From positions 3,841 to 67,840 of the forward strand of contig JAHFSX010000033.1 in the NCBI GenBank assembly GCA_023269675.1: 64,000 bases of DNA, read 5' to 3'. A program made the translations under genes and the position numbers. A model generated the notes under the pieces. That model had not been told where the DNA came from. It saw only the letters and a program-made list of their open reading frames with translations, and did no database searches. Within the stretch, counting starts at the first letter, position 1, and the number at the start of each line of letters is the position of its first letter. This stretch comes from Verrucomicrobiota bacterium (GTDB lineage Bacteria; Verrucomicrobiota; Kiritimatiellia; RFP12; UBA1067). Shown piece by piece: positions 18,668-28,492 of this stretch.

Positions 18668-20182
18668 TCACTTCGAACCGCGGAGCAAACCGCCGAAAAC
18701 ACGCTCCCTGCCCGAATCCTCGGCAGCCTGCCGCTCCATAACCCGCTCCGCATGCAGGCCGGCTCCGGCCGCATCGCGCAACACGATCTCGGCCAGCGCG
18801 GCGGCGTATTCTGCGGTTACCGCCTGGACGCGCGCAGCCTCCATCAGCGCCAGCCTGTCGAGCACGTCGGAGAGCGTCTCCTGAGCCTGCTCATACCGCG
18901 CCTTGGTCTCGGCGTAATCCATCTCGGCCGCTTTGCGCGCCTGCGCCGCCACCGCACGCTGCTCGTCCGCGCGGCACCAGTTCTGATACGCCTCGTAGGT
19001 GGACACCACAAGCGCCAGCGCGCGGTCCTCCTGCAGCTGGAACTCCGCCGCGCGCCGCGCCTTCGCCTCGCGGTACGCGTTCACCGTCAGGAAGCCGTTG
19101 AACAGGGATAGCGTCGCGTTCAGCCCACCCGCCCAGTACTGACTGGGCGACTGCAAAATCTCGGAGGTGTAGTTTCCGGAGGCGGACCCGTAGAGCGTGG
19201 GCAGGAAGCCCGTCAAAGCCCGCAGGACCTCCGTTTTACGGATCTCGATCATCTGATCCCCCGCCCACAGTTCTTTGCGGTTGACCAGGGTCTGCCACAA
19301 CCACTCCTCGGCGGTGAGCGTCCGAACCTGCGCGCGCGCGACACGCTGCGCGCCGCCGTCCTCGGCCGTCAAAACCCAGTCGCGCGCCAACACGCCGAGC
19401 ATCGACGCGCCCTCCAGCGGCACCTGCTCCGTAGGCCAGAACCGCAGGATCTCAAAGAGCTTCGCCCGCGTCAGCGCCAAGTTGTCATTCGCGAGCCGCA
19501 CGTTGTAGCGGTCCGACAGGAGCCGCGCCTGCGCCCGCTCGCGTTGCGCCGCCAGGACGTAGCCCTCGCGCGCGAGCGCCACGGTCTGGTCAACCAGCAC
19601 CCGGGTCGCCTCTTGCTGCCGCTCGTAGGTCCGCAGCAGGCTCTCGGCCACGGCCGCCTGATAGAACAGGGCGGCCACCTGCACGTCGAGCAACTCGCCG
19701 GCCCGCGCGCGCACCAGTTCCTGGGCGCGCACCGCATGCTTGGATTCGACAAACAACAGCCACGCGCCTGGCGTGAAGATCGGCTGGGTCAACGCGATCG
19801 ACGCCTCGCTCACATATTTGCTGCTCATCTGAACCGATTGGGCGCCGAACGACCGCATGAGCGGCACGTCGGTTCCGCTCCGCGTGAAGGTCGCCTCCAC
19901 CTGCGGCAGGAAAGCGGAGAAGGCCGTCGCACGCTGAATCTTCGCCAGCTGCAGGTCCAGCTGCGCCTGCGTCAGCTTCAAGGTGCGCGCGCGCGCCAAC
20001 TCCAGCGAAAACGCCAAGGTCAGGGGCCCGCTGTTCGTCTCAAAAAACGCGCGCGTCTCCTCCTGCAGCGAAGCGCGGAACTGCACGGCGCCTCGCGCGC
20101 GCTCCTCGAAGCCGGGCATCCGGCACCCGCCCAGCACCAGCGGCAGAACGGCCAGGGCGACGACTCTCACAGCAGGTCTCAT
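18668..20182 (-). CDS. TolC-family outer membrane efflux lipoprotein
   Basis: Lipobox VLGG-C, AFLPQV...LTQPIF and FLPTL...LSLFNG OEP repeats; operon context. Confidence 0.88.
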   Translation of the reverse strand: MRPAVRVVALAVLPLVLGGCRMPGFEERARGAVQFRASLQEETRAFFETNSGPLTLAFSLELARARTLKLTQAQLDLQLAKIQRATAFSAFLPQVEATFTRSGTDVPLMRSFGAQSVQMSSKYVSEASIALTQPIFTPGAWLLFVESKHAVRAQELVRARAGELLDVQVAALFYQAAVAESLLRTYERQQEATRVLVDQTVALAREGYVLAAQRERAQARLLSDRYNVRLANDNLALTRAKLFEILRFWPTEQVPLEGASMLGVLARDWVLTAEDGGAQRVARAQVRTLTAEEWLWQTLVNRKELWAGDQMIEIRKTEVLRALTGFLPTLYGSASGNYTSEILQSPSQYWAGGLNATLSLFNGFLTVNAYREAKARRAAEFQLQEDRALALVVSTYEAYQNWCRADEQRAVAAQARKAAEMDYAETKARYEQAQETLSDVLDRLALMEAARVQAVTAEYAAALAEIVLRDAAGAGLHAERVMERQAAEDSGRERVFGGLLRGSK

Positions 20183-20307
20183 AAACGCTTTTGCCCTTTC
20201 TACCCAGCACGCGCGTGTGCCGACGGCCTCTTCCGGAAACGGGGACCGGCGCGCCTCGGTCGGCCCGACGGTCCGGCGCCTCCCCGGGCTGCATCCGCCA
20301 CACCGGC

Positions 20308-20973
20308 CTAATCGACCGTCCGCTGAAAAGACAACCGGCAGAAGATCCCGCCGCAAATATGGTCGGCCACCTTGTCCAGCCAAACTTCCATATCCAGTTG
20401 CGGCGGGCAAAAGCGCGTGGCCCAGCCAGGCTTGGCGATCGCATAGACAACGGACTGCGCATGCACCGTGCTGCACCAGAGACTGACCTGCACCGGATCG
20501 TCATCAGGCAGCGCCATGCGGATCAGCCGCATGAAACAGCGGCGCATCGGAATCGCGAATTTCTGTTCGATGTCCTGCGCCATGTCCGACGGCACGCACT
20601 CCTCCATGCCCATCAACCGCGCCATCCAGAACTCCGGCGGCTTGAGCGCCGCGCAAATCGCCAGCGACCTGCGGACCCACATCCGCATCGCCGCTCTCCA
20701 GGTCTTATCGTCGCGCACCGTGTCGGGAATCGACATCATCGGTTTGGCGACATCCTCGAACAGCGCGCCGATCACCGCCTTGTAGAGTTCGGCTTTCGAA
20801 CGGAAATAGTAATTCACCAGGGCCACGTTCACCTGCGCCTCCGAGCAGATCATGCGCGTGGTCGCGTCTTTATAGCCGTGCTCCGCGAAGACTTTGGTGG
20901 CGGCCTGCAGGATCTTATCCTGCGTGTTCTTCGGATTCGCATCCGCCTTCTTGACCCGTGGTTTCGTTTTCAT
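20308..20973 (-). CDS. TetR-family regulator (CecR/DUF1956-type C-terminus)
   Basis: HTH ILQAATKVFAEHGYKDATTRMICSEAQVNVALVNYYFRSKAELY. Confidence 0.9.
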   Translation of the reverse strand: MKTKPRVKKADANPKNTQDKILQAATKVFAEHGYKDATTRMICSEAQVNVALVNYYFRSKAELYKAVIGALFEDVAKPMMSIPDTVRDDKTWRAAMRMWVRRSLAICAALKPPEFWMARLMGMEECVPSDMAQDIEQKFAIPMRRCFMRLIRMALPDDDPVQVSLWCSTVHAQSVVYAIAKPGWATRFCPPQLDMEVWLDKVADHICGGIFCRLSFQRTVD

Positions 20974-20980
20974 AGGCGCC

Positions 20981-20999
20981 TCATGTATTAAACACATGA
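20981..20999. promoter_or_regulatory. Palindromic putative TetR operator
   Basis: TCATGTATTAAACACATGA near-perfect inverted repeat just upstream of the TetR start, in an AT-rich patch. Confidence 0.55.
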
Positions 21000-21145
21000 T
21001 TAAAATATGCGCTCGAGCCCAGGAAGTCAAAACAAAACGCGGCGCAAACCATGGTGAGGAAACTGGAACCCACAGGCGCTGCCGAAGCCGGGTCCTGTTT
21101 GCGGCAGCACGCCAACCCGCGACGCGCCCGCGCACGCAGGACGGA

Positions 21146-22765
21146 TCAGCTCAACAGATAGGCCACAAGGGTTGCGACGGTACAGTACAGGACCGTCGGC
21201 AAGACATTCATCAGAATGATCCGTCCCTCCTCGCCATTGACTCCGGTGGTTGTGCAGACCGCCACCACATTGTTGATACACGTCATGTTCCCGATCGCAC
21301 CCCCGACGGATTGAAGGGCGACCACCAGAACCGGGCTAAGGGCCAGCAGGTTCGCCGTGTCGAACTGCAACGCGGCAAAAAGGGTGTTTGAAACCGTGTT
21401 TGATCCGGAGACGAAGGCGCCGAGAACACCGATGTAGGGCGAGACAAACAAATAGCCCGTCCCGAAGGCGCTTCTCAGCGACAGGGCAATCTCATTGAGC
21501 ATGCTCCCCTGGCCGGATGCATTCACGTTCGAATAACGCATCAGCTGGACCAGGGCGACACCGGTCGTCAAAGCGACCACCGCATTCTTAAGCGATTTCG
21601 CGGTCGAAAGCCACGTGGCCCCGACTTCCTTTCCGGTCAACTTAAAGTGAAAAGCCGATCCCAGCGCGACGAGCATAAACACGAGCCCCGGATTGTTCAG
21701 GTATTTCCATGCCCAATTGAGGTGCTCGACCCCCATGATGTTGGTTACGCCCACCGTGATGCCCGTCACAGCCGCCTTGACGCCGAGCTGCGGGATGCGG
21801 GTGACGATCAACGTGAGCGCAATGACGACATACGGCATCCAAGCCGCCACCAAACCGATGTTGCCAGACCGGCCACTCCGCACCGCCGACGGCGCGGCAC
21901 CCGCGCCGTCGGCATCAAACCCCCAGACCTTTTTCGGAACAAGAAAACCGGCTTTCACCGCCGGCACGGTCACCGCCAGCCCGATGGCCGCGCCGAGCAG
22001 CGACGGCAGTTCCGGCCCGGCGAAGCGCGCAATTAAATAATAAGGGACGGTGAATGCCAGGCCCGAAAAAAAGGCAAACGGCAAGATCTCGAGCGCCGGC
22101 TTGAACGAAAACGGCTTCTTGCCTCTGAAGAACAGCGTCATCATGAGAACCGCGACAAACGGCATCCATGTTCCGGCGACGCCGTGAATGATGGCGGTCG
22201 TCAAGGTCAGCGCGTCTTTAAACGCGTCCGGCGCCAGATGGTTGGCCTCAAGCGATTTCTCCAGCACCGCGACGGCTGTCAGGGTCGGTGTCCCGACTGC
22301 CCCAAAACTCACCGGCGTGCTGTTGCAGATCAGCGCTACGGTCGCCGCCGCGACCGCGGGAAAACCAAGCCCCACCAGCAGCGGGGCCGCAAGCGCGGCG
22401 GGCGTGCCAAAGCCGGCGGCGCCTTCAATGAACGCGCCAAACAGCCAGGCGATGATGATGACTTGTATCCTGCGGTCTTTCGTAACCCCCGAAAATCCGT
22501 CACTGATGACCGCAATCGTACCGGCCCGCTGAAGCGTATTGAGCAGAATGATCGCCCCGAAAATAACGAGCAGGATATCGAGGGTGGACAGGCATCCGAG
22601 CATGGAATAAGCCGCGATATGGAGCACGTCCATCTTCCAGACGGTCAGACAGAGAACGACGGCAAGCCCCCAGGAAAAAAGCAACGCTCGGCCGGACGGT
22701 TGCTTCGCGATGAGCATCAGCGTCAACGCAATAATAATGGGCGAAAGCGCCAAAAACGTGTGCAT
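21146..22765 (-). CDS. lctP: L-lactate permease
   Basis: [37 protein letters not shown] motifs. Confidence 0.92.
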   Translation of the reverse strand: MHTFLALSPIIIALTLMLIAKQPSGRALLFSWGLAVVLCLTVWKMDVLHIAAYSMLGCLSTLDILLVIFGAIILLNTLQRAGTIAVISDGFSGVTKDRRIQVIIIAWLFGAFIEGAAGFGTPAALAAPLLVGLGFPAVAAATVALICNSTPVSFGAVGTPTLTAVAVLEKSLEANHLAPDAFKDALTLTTAIIHGVAGTWMPFVAVLMMTLFFRGKKPFSFKPALEILPFAFFSGLAFTVPYYLIARFAGPELPSLLGAAIGLAVTVPAVKAGFLVPKKVWGFDADGAGAAPSAVRSGRSGNIGLVAAWMPYVVIALTLIVTRIPQLGVKAAVTGITVGVTNIMGVEHLNWAWKYLNNPGLVFMLVALGSAFHFKLTGKEVGATWLSTAKSLKNAVVALTTGVALVQLMRYSNVNASGQGSMLNEIALSLRSAFGTGYLFVSPYIGVLGAFVSGSNTVSNTLFAALQFDTANLLALSPVLVVALQSVGGAIGNMTCINNVVAVCTTTGVNGEEGRIILMNVLPTVLYCTVATLVAYLLS

Positions 22766-22817
22766 TTAAAACCTTTCGGCAGTCGCCCCGCTTCATGAAC
22801 GCGCGCCGGCTTTGAGC

Positions 22818-23756
22818 TCAGAGGGCTTCGCACCCCACGCCGCGCCGGAGGACGGCGACGCGCTTGAGGTCCAGGTCGGCCGGCGTCAAGCTCTCGACAT
22901 TGGCGCTGCCGCACGCCAGCCCGTAACGCACCGCCTCGCGCAACGGCTTGCCGGTGAGCACCGCATGGACAATACCCGCCGTCGTGCAATCGCCGCTGCC
23001 GATGGGGTTCACGTGCCGCGCGACCGGCGGGGGCGCGAAACGCCAGCCCCGCTTCGGCGTGACCAGATACGCGGGTTTGGCGCCGTGCGTGACAAAGACG
23101 TTCTGCGCCCCCATGGCCTGCAAATCCCGCATGCCGCGCAGAATGCTTTTCTCGCTAGTCATCGGCTCCCGCAAGGTGGCCGCCAGCTCACGCACCGTGA
23201 GCTTGGCCAGCAGCGGGCGCTCGAAAAGCACGTTGACCAAGGCCTCCTTCTGCGAGTCGATCACGACCGGCACGTCCGCCTCGGCCGCCGCCCGCACGAA
23301 GCCCACATAGAAATCGTCACCGGCGTAGGGCGGCAGCGTCCCGCTGATGACCAGCATCGCCGCCGCGCGCGTCCGCTTGAGATTGTCCCGCACAAACCGC
23401 GCCACGGCCGCGCGTCCGGGCTCGCGCGCCTCCTCGACCAGCTCGGTCACCGTGCCGGAGGCCGCAACGATCAGCGTGGAGCAGATGCGCGTGCCAGCCT
23501 GCATCGGGGTCAGGGCCGACTCCACGCCGTACGCCTTCAAATAGCCGGCAATCTTGCGCCCGGTCTGCCCGCCGTTAAAGCCCGCGGTCTGCGCCGGGGT
23601 CCCCAACGTCACCAGCGCGCGGGCGGTGTTCAGCGCCTTGCCCGCCGCCGACTCCACAACCTGCCGCGCCCGGTTGACCTCGTCGATCTCCAGGCCCTCA
23701 AACACCAGCGTGCGCTGCAGCGCGGGCGTCAGCCCCAGACACAAAACTTTTTTCAT
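22818..23756 (-). CDS. 1-phosphofructokinase/LacC-type PfkB sugar kinase
   Basis: AGKALNTARAL, ISGTLP, NPIGSGD. Confidence 0.88.
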   Translation of the reverse strand: MKKVLCLGLTPALQRTLVFEGLEIDEVNRARQVVESAAGKALNTARALVTLGTPAQTAGFNGGQTGRKIAGYLKAYGVESALTPMQAGTRICSTLIVAASGTVTELVEEAREPGRAAVARFVRDNLKRTRAAAMLVISGTLPPYAGDDFYVGFVRAAAEADVPVVIDSQKEALVNVLFERPLLAKLTVRELAATLREPMTSEKSILRGMRDLQAMGAQNVFVTHGAKPAYLVTPKRGWRFAPPPVARHVNPIGSGDCTTAGIVHAVLTGKPLREAVRYGLACGSANVESLTPADLDLKRVAVLRRGVGCEAL

Positions 23757-23848
23757 ACGTTCACTCCTGTTCCGGTCAGCCTCGTCACGCCCGGGGACGG
23801 GCGCGGCGCATGAGAATGGGCCCAGCGCATCCCTGCGCAGGGAAGGCG

Positions 23849-24487
23849 TTACACAAAGCCGTTCTCGGCCAGCATCTGCTCGGTGATGCTGCGCCGCTCG
23901 CCCGCACCCAGCAGCCGCGCCACGTATTTCCCGAGGAGATCGCCTTCGAGATTCAGCGCGTCGCCGGCCTTGCGGTCACCCAGACTCGTCTCCCGAAGGG
24001 TGTGCGGTATCAGGTTCACTTCGATCCAGTCGTCGCCCAATCCCGACACGGTCAGGCTCACTCCGTCGATCGTGACAGAACCCTTCAGCACCGTCTGCCG
24101 GGCAAGCTCCGGCGAGCAGGTCACCCGCCACACGAAATCGCGCCCGCGCTCCCCGACCGATGCCAGCGTCCCGGTCTCATCCACATGCCCGCTGACCATG
24201 TGCCCGCCCAGACGGTCACCCAAAGCCAAGGCGCGCTCGAGGTTCAGCCGCGCGCCTTCGCGGGCCTGACGCAACGCGGTGCACCGCAAGGTTTCGTCCA
24301 ACAGGTCCGCCGTGAAAAAGCCGTCGCTGACCGCCGTCACGGTCAGGCACGCGCCCTCCACGGCCACGCTCTCGCCCAGCACCAGCGCATCCGGCCACGG
24401 CGTATGCGCCAGTGTCAGCGACCAGCCGCCCTGGCCCTGCGCCAGCCGCTTCAACACGCCCACTTTTTGCACGAGTCCCGTAAACAT
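23849..24487 (-). CDS. ribE: Riboflavin synthase (alpha chain)
   Basis: MFTGLV start, GACLT, NLERAL, GGHMVSGHVD, GVSLT. Confidence 0.96.
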   Translation of the reverse strand: MFTGLVQKVGVLKRLAQGQGGWSLTLAHTPWPDALVLGESVAVEGACLTVTAVSDGFFTADLLDETLRCTALRQAREGARLNLERALALGDRLGGHMVSGHVDETGTLASVGERGRDFVWRVTCSPELARQTVLKGSVTIDGVSLTVSGLGDDWIEVNLIPHTLRETSLGDRKAGDALNLEGDLLGKYVARLLGAGERRSITEQMLAENGFV

Positions 24488-24491
24488 TTTC

Positions 24492-25592
24492 TCACGCTTT
24501 CCGCACGCGCATCATCACGTCTTCGCCGAACCGCTTGAGCTCGACACAGCGCAGGCGCGGCATTTTACCCAGCAGAAAACCCTGCCCTGCCACGCTGCTG
24601 ACAGCCCGCACATCGCCCAAAACCGCAGGCGCGTAAAAGAGACAGTATTCGTCAACCAGCCCCGCGTCGTTCAAACCGCCCACCAGCCGCCCGCCGCCTT
24701 CGCACAGCACCTGCAGATAGCCCGCGTCGCCCAGCTTCTTCAAAACCCGCCTCAGCGGCACGCGCCCCGTTTTATCCGGCGCGAACGTCCATACCTGCGC
24801 GCCGTGTTTCGACCAGGCCGCCGCCTTTTTCGCGGCCGCCGCCGGCGTCGTCGCCACAATCGTCCGCGCCGCCGCGTCATCGGTATAGACCTGCGCCTGG
24901 GCCGGGGTCCGTCCCGCGGCGTCCACAATCACGCGCATCAGCTGGCCGCCGCCCGGCAGACGGCACAGGAGCGAGGGGTCATCCGCGCACACGGTTCCTG
25001 CCCCCACAAGCATCACGTCCGCGCGCCGGCGCATCCGCTGCACCTCGGCGCGCGCGGCCGCCCCGGTGATCCACTTCGCACGGCAGGTGCGGTCGGCGAT
25101 GCGCCCGTCCAGCGTCAGGGCGAGCTTGACCGTCACGAAGGGATAGCCGGTCACAATGTGCTTGGTGAAGGGCCGCACGAGATCAACGGCCTCGGCCTCG
25201 CACACGCCGCAAACCACCTCGACGCCCTGCTTCATCAACAAATCCAAACCGCGGCCGCTATGCCGGCCGTTGGCATCCCGGCAGCCAACGACGACACGGC
25301 CGATCCCGTCGCGCACGATGCGGTCTGTGCAGGGCGGCGTGCGTCCCGTCGTGCAACAGGGCTCCAGCGTCACATACAGCGTGGCGCCCGCAACCGGTGC
25401 GCGGCAGGCGTTCAGCGCCTCGACTTCCGCGTGCGCGCCGCCCGCGCACAGGTGGCGGCCCTCGCCGAGCTTGCGCCCGCCGCCGACCACCACGGCGCCG
25501 ACGGGCGGATTGGGCCGCGTGTGTCCCTCGCTCAAGCGCGCCAGCGCGATCGCCCGCCGCATCCACTTCCTGTCTTCCGCCGCTAGCGTCAT
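24492..25592 (-). CDS. ribD: Diaminohydroxyphosphoribosylaminopyrimidine deaminase/reductase
   Basis: PNPPVGAV, HAE, TLEPC, TLDGRIA, EGGG. Confidence 0.96.
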   Translation of the reverse strand: MTLAAEDRKWMRRAIALARLSEGHTRPNPPVGAVVVGGGRKLGEGRHLCAGGAHAEVEALNACRAPVAGATLYVTLEPCCTTGRTPPCTDRIVRDGIGRVVVGCRDANGRHSGRGLDLLMKQGVEVVCGVCEAEAVDLVRPFTKHIVTGYPFVTVKLALTLDGRIADRTCRAKWITGAAARAEVQRMRRRADVMLVGAGTVCADDPSLLCRLPGGGQLMRVIVDAAGRTPAQAQVYTDDAAARTIVATTPAAAAKKAAAWSKHGAQVWTFAPDKTGRVPLRRVLKKLGDAGYLQVLCEGGGRLVGGLNDAGLVDEYCLFYAPAVLGDVRAVSSVAGQGFLLGKMPRLRCVELKRFGEDVMMRVRKA

Positions 25593-25606
25593 TGTGCCCT
25601 GCCGTC

Positions 25607-26098
25607 CTACGTCCGCTTGATCTCTTTGTTCAGCCGGTCGAGCACGCCGTTCACGAAACGGCCCGCATCGGCGTTACTGAAATACTTGGCGAGGTCGATC
25701 GCCTCGTTCAACACCACCGCCGGCGGCACATCGGTGCAGTAAATCATTTCAAAGAACGCCAGCCGCAAGACGTTACGCTCCACCGATCCCATGCGGTGCA
25801 ACGGCCAGTTCTGCGTGTAGGACTGCACCTTCGCGTCCAGTTCCGGCAAGTGCCCGAGCACCCCCCGCACCAGCTTCTCGGTGAAAATCCGGATCTTCGG
25901 AGGCGCCACGCGGTCTTCCACCGACTTGGCCTCATCCGACACGACCGCCGTATCCTTGGCCTCCGCATCCTCCATCTGGCAGGTCCACTGCTGACGCCAG
26001 AACTTCGGGATGGCCATATCGATGTCCAACCCGGGATTCAGGTCCGCCTGAAACAGCATTTGCAGCGCCCATTCGCGCCCTTGTCTGCGAGTCGCCAT
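25607..26098 (-). CDS. nusB: Transcription antitermination factor NusB
   Basis: RRQGREWALQMLFQ, ERNVLRLA, NEAIDLAK, FVNGVLD. Confidence 0.95.
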   Translation of the reverse strand: MATRRQGREWALQMLFQADLNPGLDIDMAIPKFWRQQWTCQMEDAEAKDTAVVSDEAKSVEDRVAPPKIRIFTEKLVRGVLGHLPELDAKVQSYTQNWPLHRMGSVERNVLRLAFFEMIYCTDVPPAVVLNEAIDLAKYFSNADAGRFVNGVLDRLNKEIKRT

Positions 26099-26219
26099 GC
26101 TTCGTATTCCTTCTTTGAACAAAACCTCATATGGGAAAGCCGGAATCCAGGTTTCGGCGGAATGCCGACGGTGACTTGCACCCGACTGACCTCTGGAGTC
26201 CGTCCTCTCCGGCGACCGC

Positions 26220-26681
26220 TCAGATCGCCTTGAGCACAGCGACCGTTTCGATCGCGGACATCACCGCGTCCCAGCCCTTGTTGCCCTGCTTGGTGCCCGC
26301 GCGTTCGATCGCCTGCTCCAGATTCTGCGCGCAAACAATGCCGTTCAAGACCGGCACCTGCGTGTCCAGCGCGATCTTCGACAACGCCCGCGCCACCGTC
26401 CCGTTGATCAGGTCGGCATGCGGGGTCGCGCCCTGGATCACCGCGCCCAACGCCACCACGGCATCGACCTTGCCCGAGGCCGCCAGCTTCTGCGCAACCT
26501 GCGGAATCTCATTCGCGCCCGGCACACGCACCAGCGTCAGGTCGCCATCCTTGCCGCCGTGCCGCACAAAACAGTCCGCCGCGCCCTTCACCAACTGCTC
26601 GGTGAAGAAACTGTTGAAGCGGCTCACCACGATGGCCATCTTCATCCCCGTCGCATCCAGATTTCCAGCGATCTCTTTCAT
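26220..26681 (-). CDS. ribH: 6,7-dimethyl-8-ribityllumazine synthase
   Basis: VSRFN, VPGANEIP, IQGATPH, GNKGWDA. Confidence 0.96.
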   Translation of the reverse strand: MKEIAGNLDATGMKMAIVVSRFNSFFTEQLVKGAADCFVRHGGKDGDLTLVRVPGANEIPQVAQKLAASGKVDAVVALGAVIQGATPHADLINGTVARALSKIALDTQVPVLNGIVCAQNLEQAIERAGTKQGNKGWDAVMSAIETVAVLKAI

Positions 26682-26735
26682 CTCATGTCTCCTCTCGCTT
26701 ATGCCGAATCCTATTTCCCGACTTCCTACTTCCAC

Positions 26736-27944
26736 TTAAATCAAATGACCCATCTTGGTCTTCTTGGTCTCCAGGTAGCGGCGGTTGAAATCGCCCGGCT
26801 CAAACATGACCGGCACGCGCTCGACGATTTCCAAGCCGTACCCTTGCAGGCCGACCAGCTTCTTGGGGTTGTTCGTCATCAGCCGGATGCGCTTAAGTCC
26901 GATATCCGCGAGAATCTGCGCACCCACGCCGTAATCGCGCATGTCCGCCGGGAAGCCCAGCTTGATGTTGGCCTCGACGGTGTCCAGGCCGCCCTCCTGC
27001 AATTTGTAGGCGTGCAGCTTGTTGGCGAGGCCGATGCCGCGCCCCTCCTGACGCATATAGAGGATCACGCCGCACCCCTCCTTCTCCACCATGCGCATGG
27101 CCGCGTGCAGCTGGTTGCCGCAGTCGCAGCGCGCCGAGCCGAACACGTCGCCCGTGAGGCATTCGCTGTGGACGCGCACCAAAGGCGCCGGACACTCGGT
27201 CACGTTGCCTTTGATCAGCGCCAGATGGTCCATGCCGTCGGGGGACGACGTGTAGAGCCGCAATTTGAAATGCCCGTACGAGGTCGGCAGCTCAACCTCC
27301 TCGATGAAGTCGATCAGCCGTTCGCGCCGCCGCCGGTATTGGATCAGGTCGGCGATCGACAGCATCTTGAGGCCGTGTTGCGTGGCGAAGGCCCGCAGGT
27401 CAGGCAGCCGCGCCATCGTGCCGTCCGCCAGCATGATCTCGCAGATCACGCCCGCCGGCTTGAGCGCCGCCAGCTTGGCGAGATCCACCGCCGCCTCGGT
27501 ATGGCCGGCGCGCACCAGCACCCCGCCCTCGCGCGCCTCCAGCGGGAAGATGTGCCCAGGGCTCACGACAGAGTGGGGTCCCGAAGCCTCGTCGATCAGC
27601 ACCTGCACCGTGTGCGCGCGGTCGGCCGCGCTGATGCCGGTGCTCACGCCCTCGGCCGCGTCCACCGAATGGGTGAAGGCCGTCGCGAACTTGTCGCCGC
27701 GGTTGCGGCTCGGGGCGCGCTCCACGCCGACCTGCCGCAGACGCGCACCCGTCATCGGCACGCAGACCAGCCCGCGCGCGTTCATGACCATGAAGTTGAT
27801 CGCCTCGGGGGTCACCTTCTCCGCCGCGATGATCAGATCACCCTCGTTCTCGCGGCTCTCGTCATCCGCGACGATCACCATCTGCCCCTGCCGGAACGCC
27901 TCCACGCACGTTTCCACGGGATCGAACACCGATTCAGTTTCCAT
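26736..27944 (-). CDS. ribBA: Bifunctional DHBP synthase / GTP cyclohydrolase II
   Basis: DDESRENEGD, RAGHTEA, RVHSECLTGD...RCDCG, QEGRGIGL. Confidence 0.97.
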   Translation of the reverse strand: METESVFDPVETCVEAFRQGQMVIVADDESRENEGDLIIAAEKVTPEAINFMVMNARGLVCVPMTGARLRQVGVERAPSRNRGDKFATAFTHSVDAAEGVSTGISAADRAHTVQVLIDEASGPHSVVSPGHIFPLEAREGGVLVRAGHTEAAVDLAKLAALKPAGVICEIMLADGTMARLPDLRAFATQHGLKMLSIADLIQYRRRRERLIDFIEEVELPTSYGHFKLRLYTSSPDGMDHLALIKGNVTECPAPLVRVHSECLTGDVFGSARCDCGNQLHAAMRMVEKEGCGVILYMRQEGRGIGLANKLHAYKLQEGGLDTVEANIKLGFPADMRDYGVGAQILADIGLKRIRLMTNNPKKLVGLQGYGLEIVERVPVMFEPGDFNRRYLETKKTKMGHLI

Positions 27945-27955
27945 ACCTGTTCCCC

Positions 27956-27988
27956 AAAACAAAAACCCCGGCCAAAGCGGAGCCGGGG
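27956..27988 (-). terminator. Intrinsic terminator (riboswitch expression platform)
   Basis: Minus strand CCCCGGC-TCCGCTTTG-GCCGGGG followed by TTTTTGTTTT, between the aptamer and ribBA. Confidence 0.85.
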
Positions 27989-28007
27989 CAATGCAAAACA
28001 CGCAACC

Positions 28008-28148
28008 GCATCTTCTAACATCCAGACTGTACTGTCGGCCACGGAATCGAACCGTGTCAGTGGCAGGCAGGAACAGCTTGCCAGTCGCGGGCTTTACCGC
28101 CGGTCAGGAATTTCCCGCTCGCGCAGGATCACCTTGCCCCGAAGACGC
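28008..28148 (-). ncRNA. FMN riboswitch (RFN element)
   Basis: Minus strand GUCUUCGGGGCAAGGUGA...AAUUCCUGACCGGCGGUAAAGCCCGCGA...CUGACACGGUUCGAUUCCGUGGCCGACAGUACAGUCUGGAUG..AGAAGAU matches the RFN consensus; upstream of the rib operon. Confidence 0.95.
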
Positions 28149-28161
28149 ATGAATGAGAGAC

Positions 28162-28190
28162 AGTTTAGTGCTTTCTGACCGGATTGGCAA
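28162..28190 (-). promoter_or_regulatory. Sigma70-type promoter of the rib operon
   Basis: Minus strand TTGCCA (28190-28185), 17-bp spacer, TAAACT (28167-28162), ~14 nt upstream of the riboswitch P1. Confidence 0.7.
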
Positions 28191-28206
28191 GCCGCCATCC
28201 GGCACG

Positions 28207-28492
28207 GGGTGCGATTCAACTTTGTTGAATCCGCACCCGAAGGAGGAGTTAGGATTTAGGAGTTAGGAGTTGCAATGCCCTGAAAGTGAACGCGCTCGCG
28301 CGATGCACAAGAGTCCGTGTTCGTGTCTTCAAAATGAAGTCACGCGCATGGCTCCAAGAAACGGTTCTTCGCGGAGGGGTTCCTCCTAGTCTTACGCCCG
28401 GTTCTCAAGGTTTTGTGAGCTTCCAACTCCTAAATCCTAACTCCTAAATTCTCCTTGGCGCGACTCAGTTTCACCGAAACTGAATCGCACCC
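28207..28492. mobile_element. Non-autonomous ~280-bp MITE-like element, copy 2
   Basis: Perfect 12-bp TIR GGGTGCGATTCA...TGAATCGCACCC; direct repeat TCCGGCACG at 28198-28206 and 28493-28501. Confidence 0.85.

Noticed and set aside
28020-28070. GGTTCGATTCC on the minus strand resembling a tRNA T-arm
   Set aside because: It is the P5/L5 T-loop of the FMN riboswitch; no cloverleaf.
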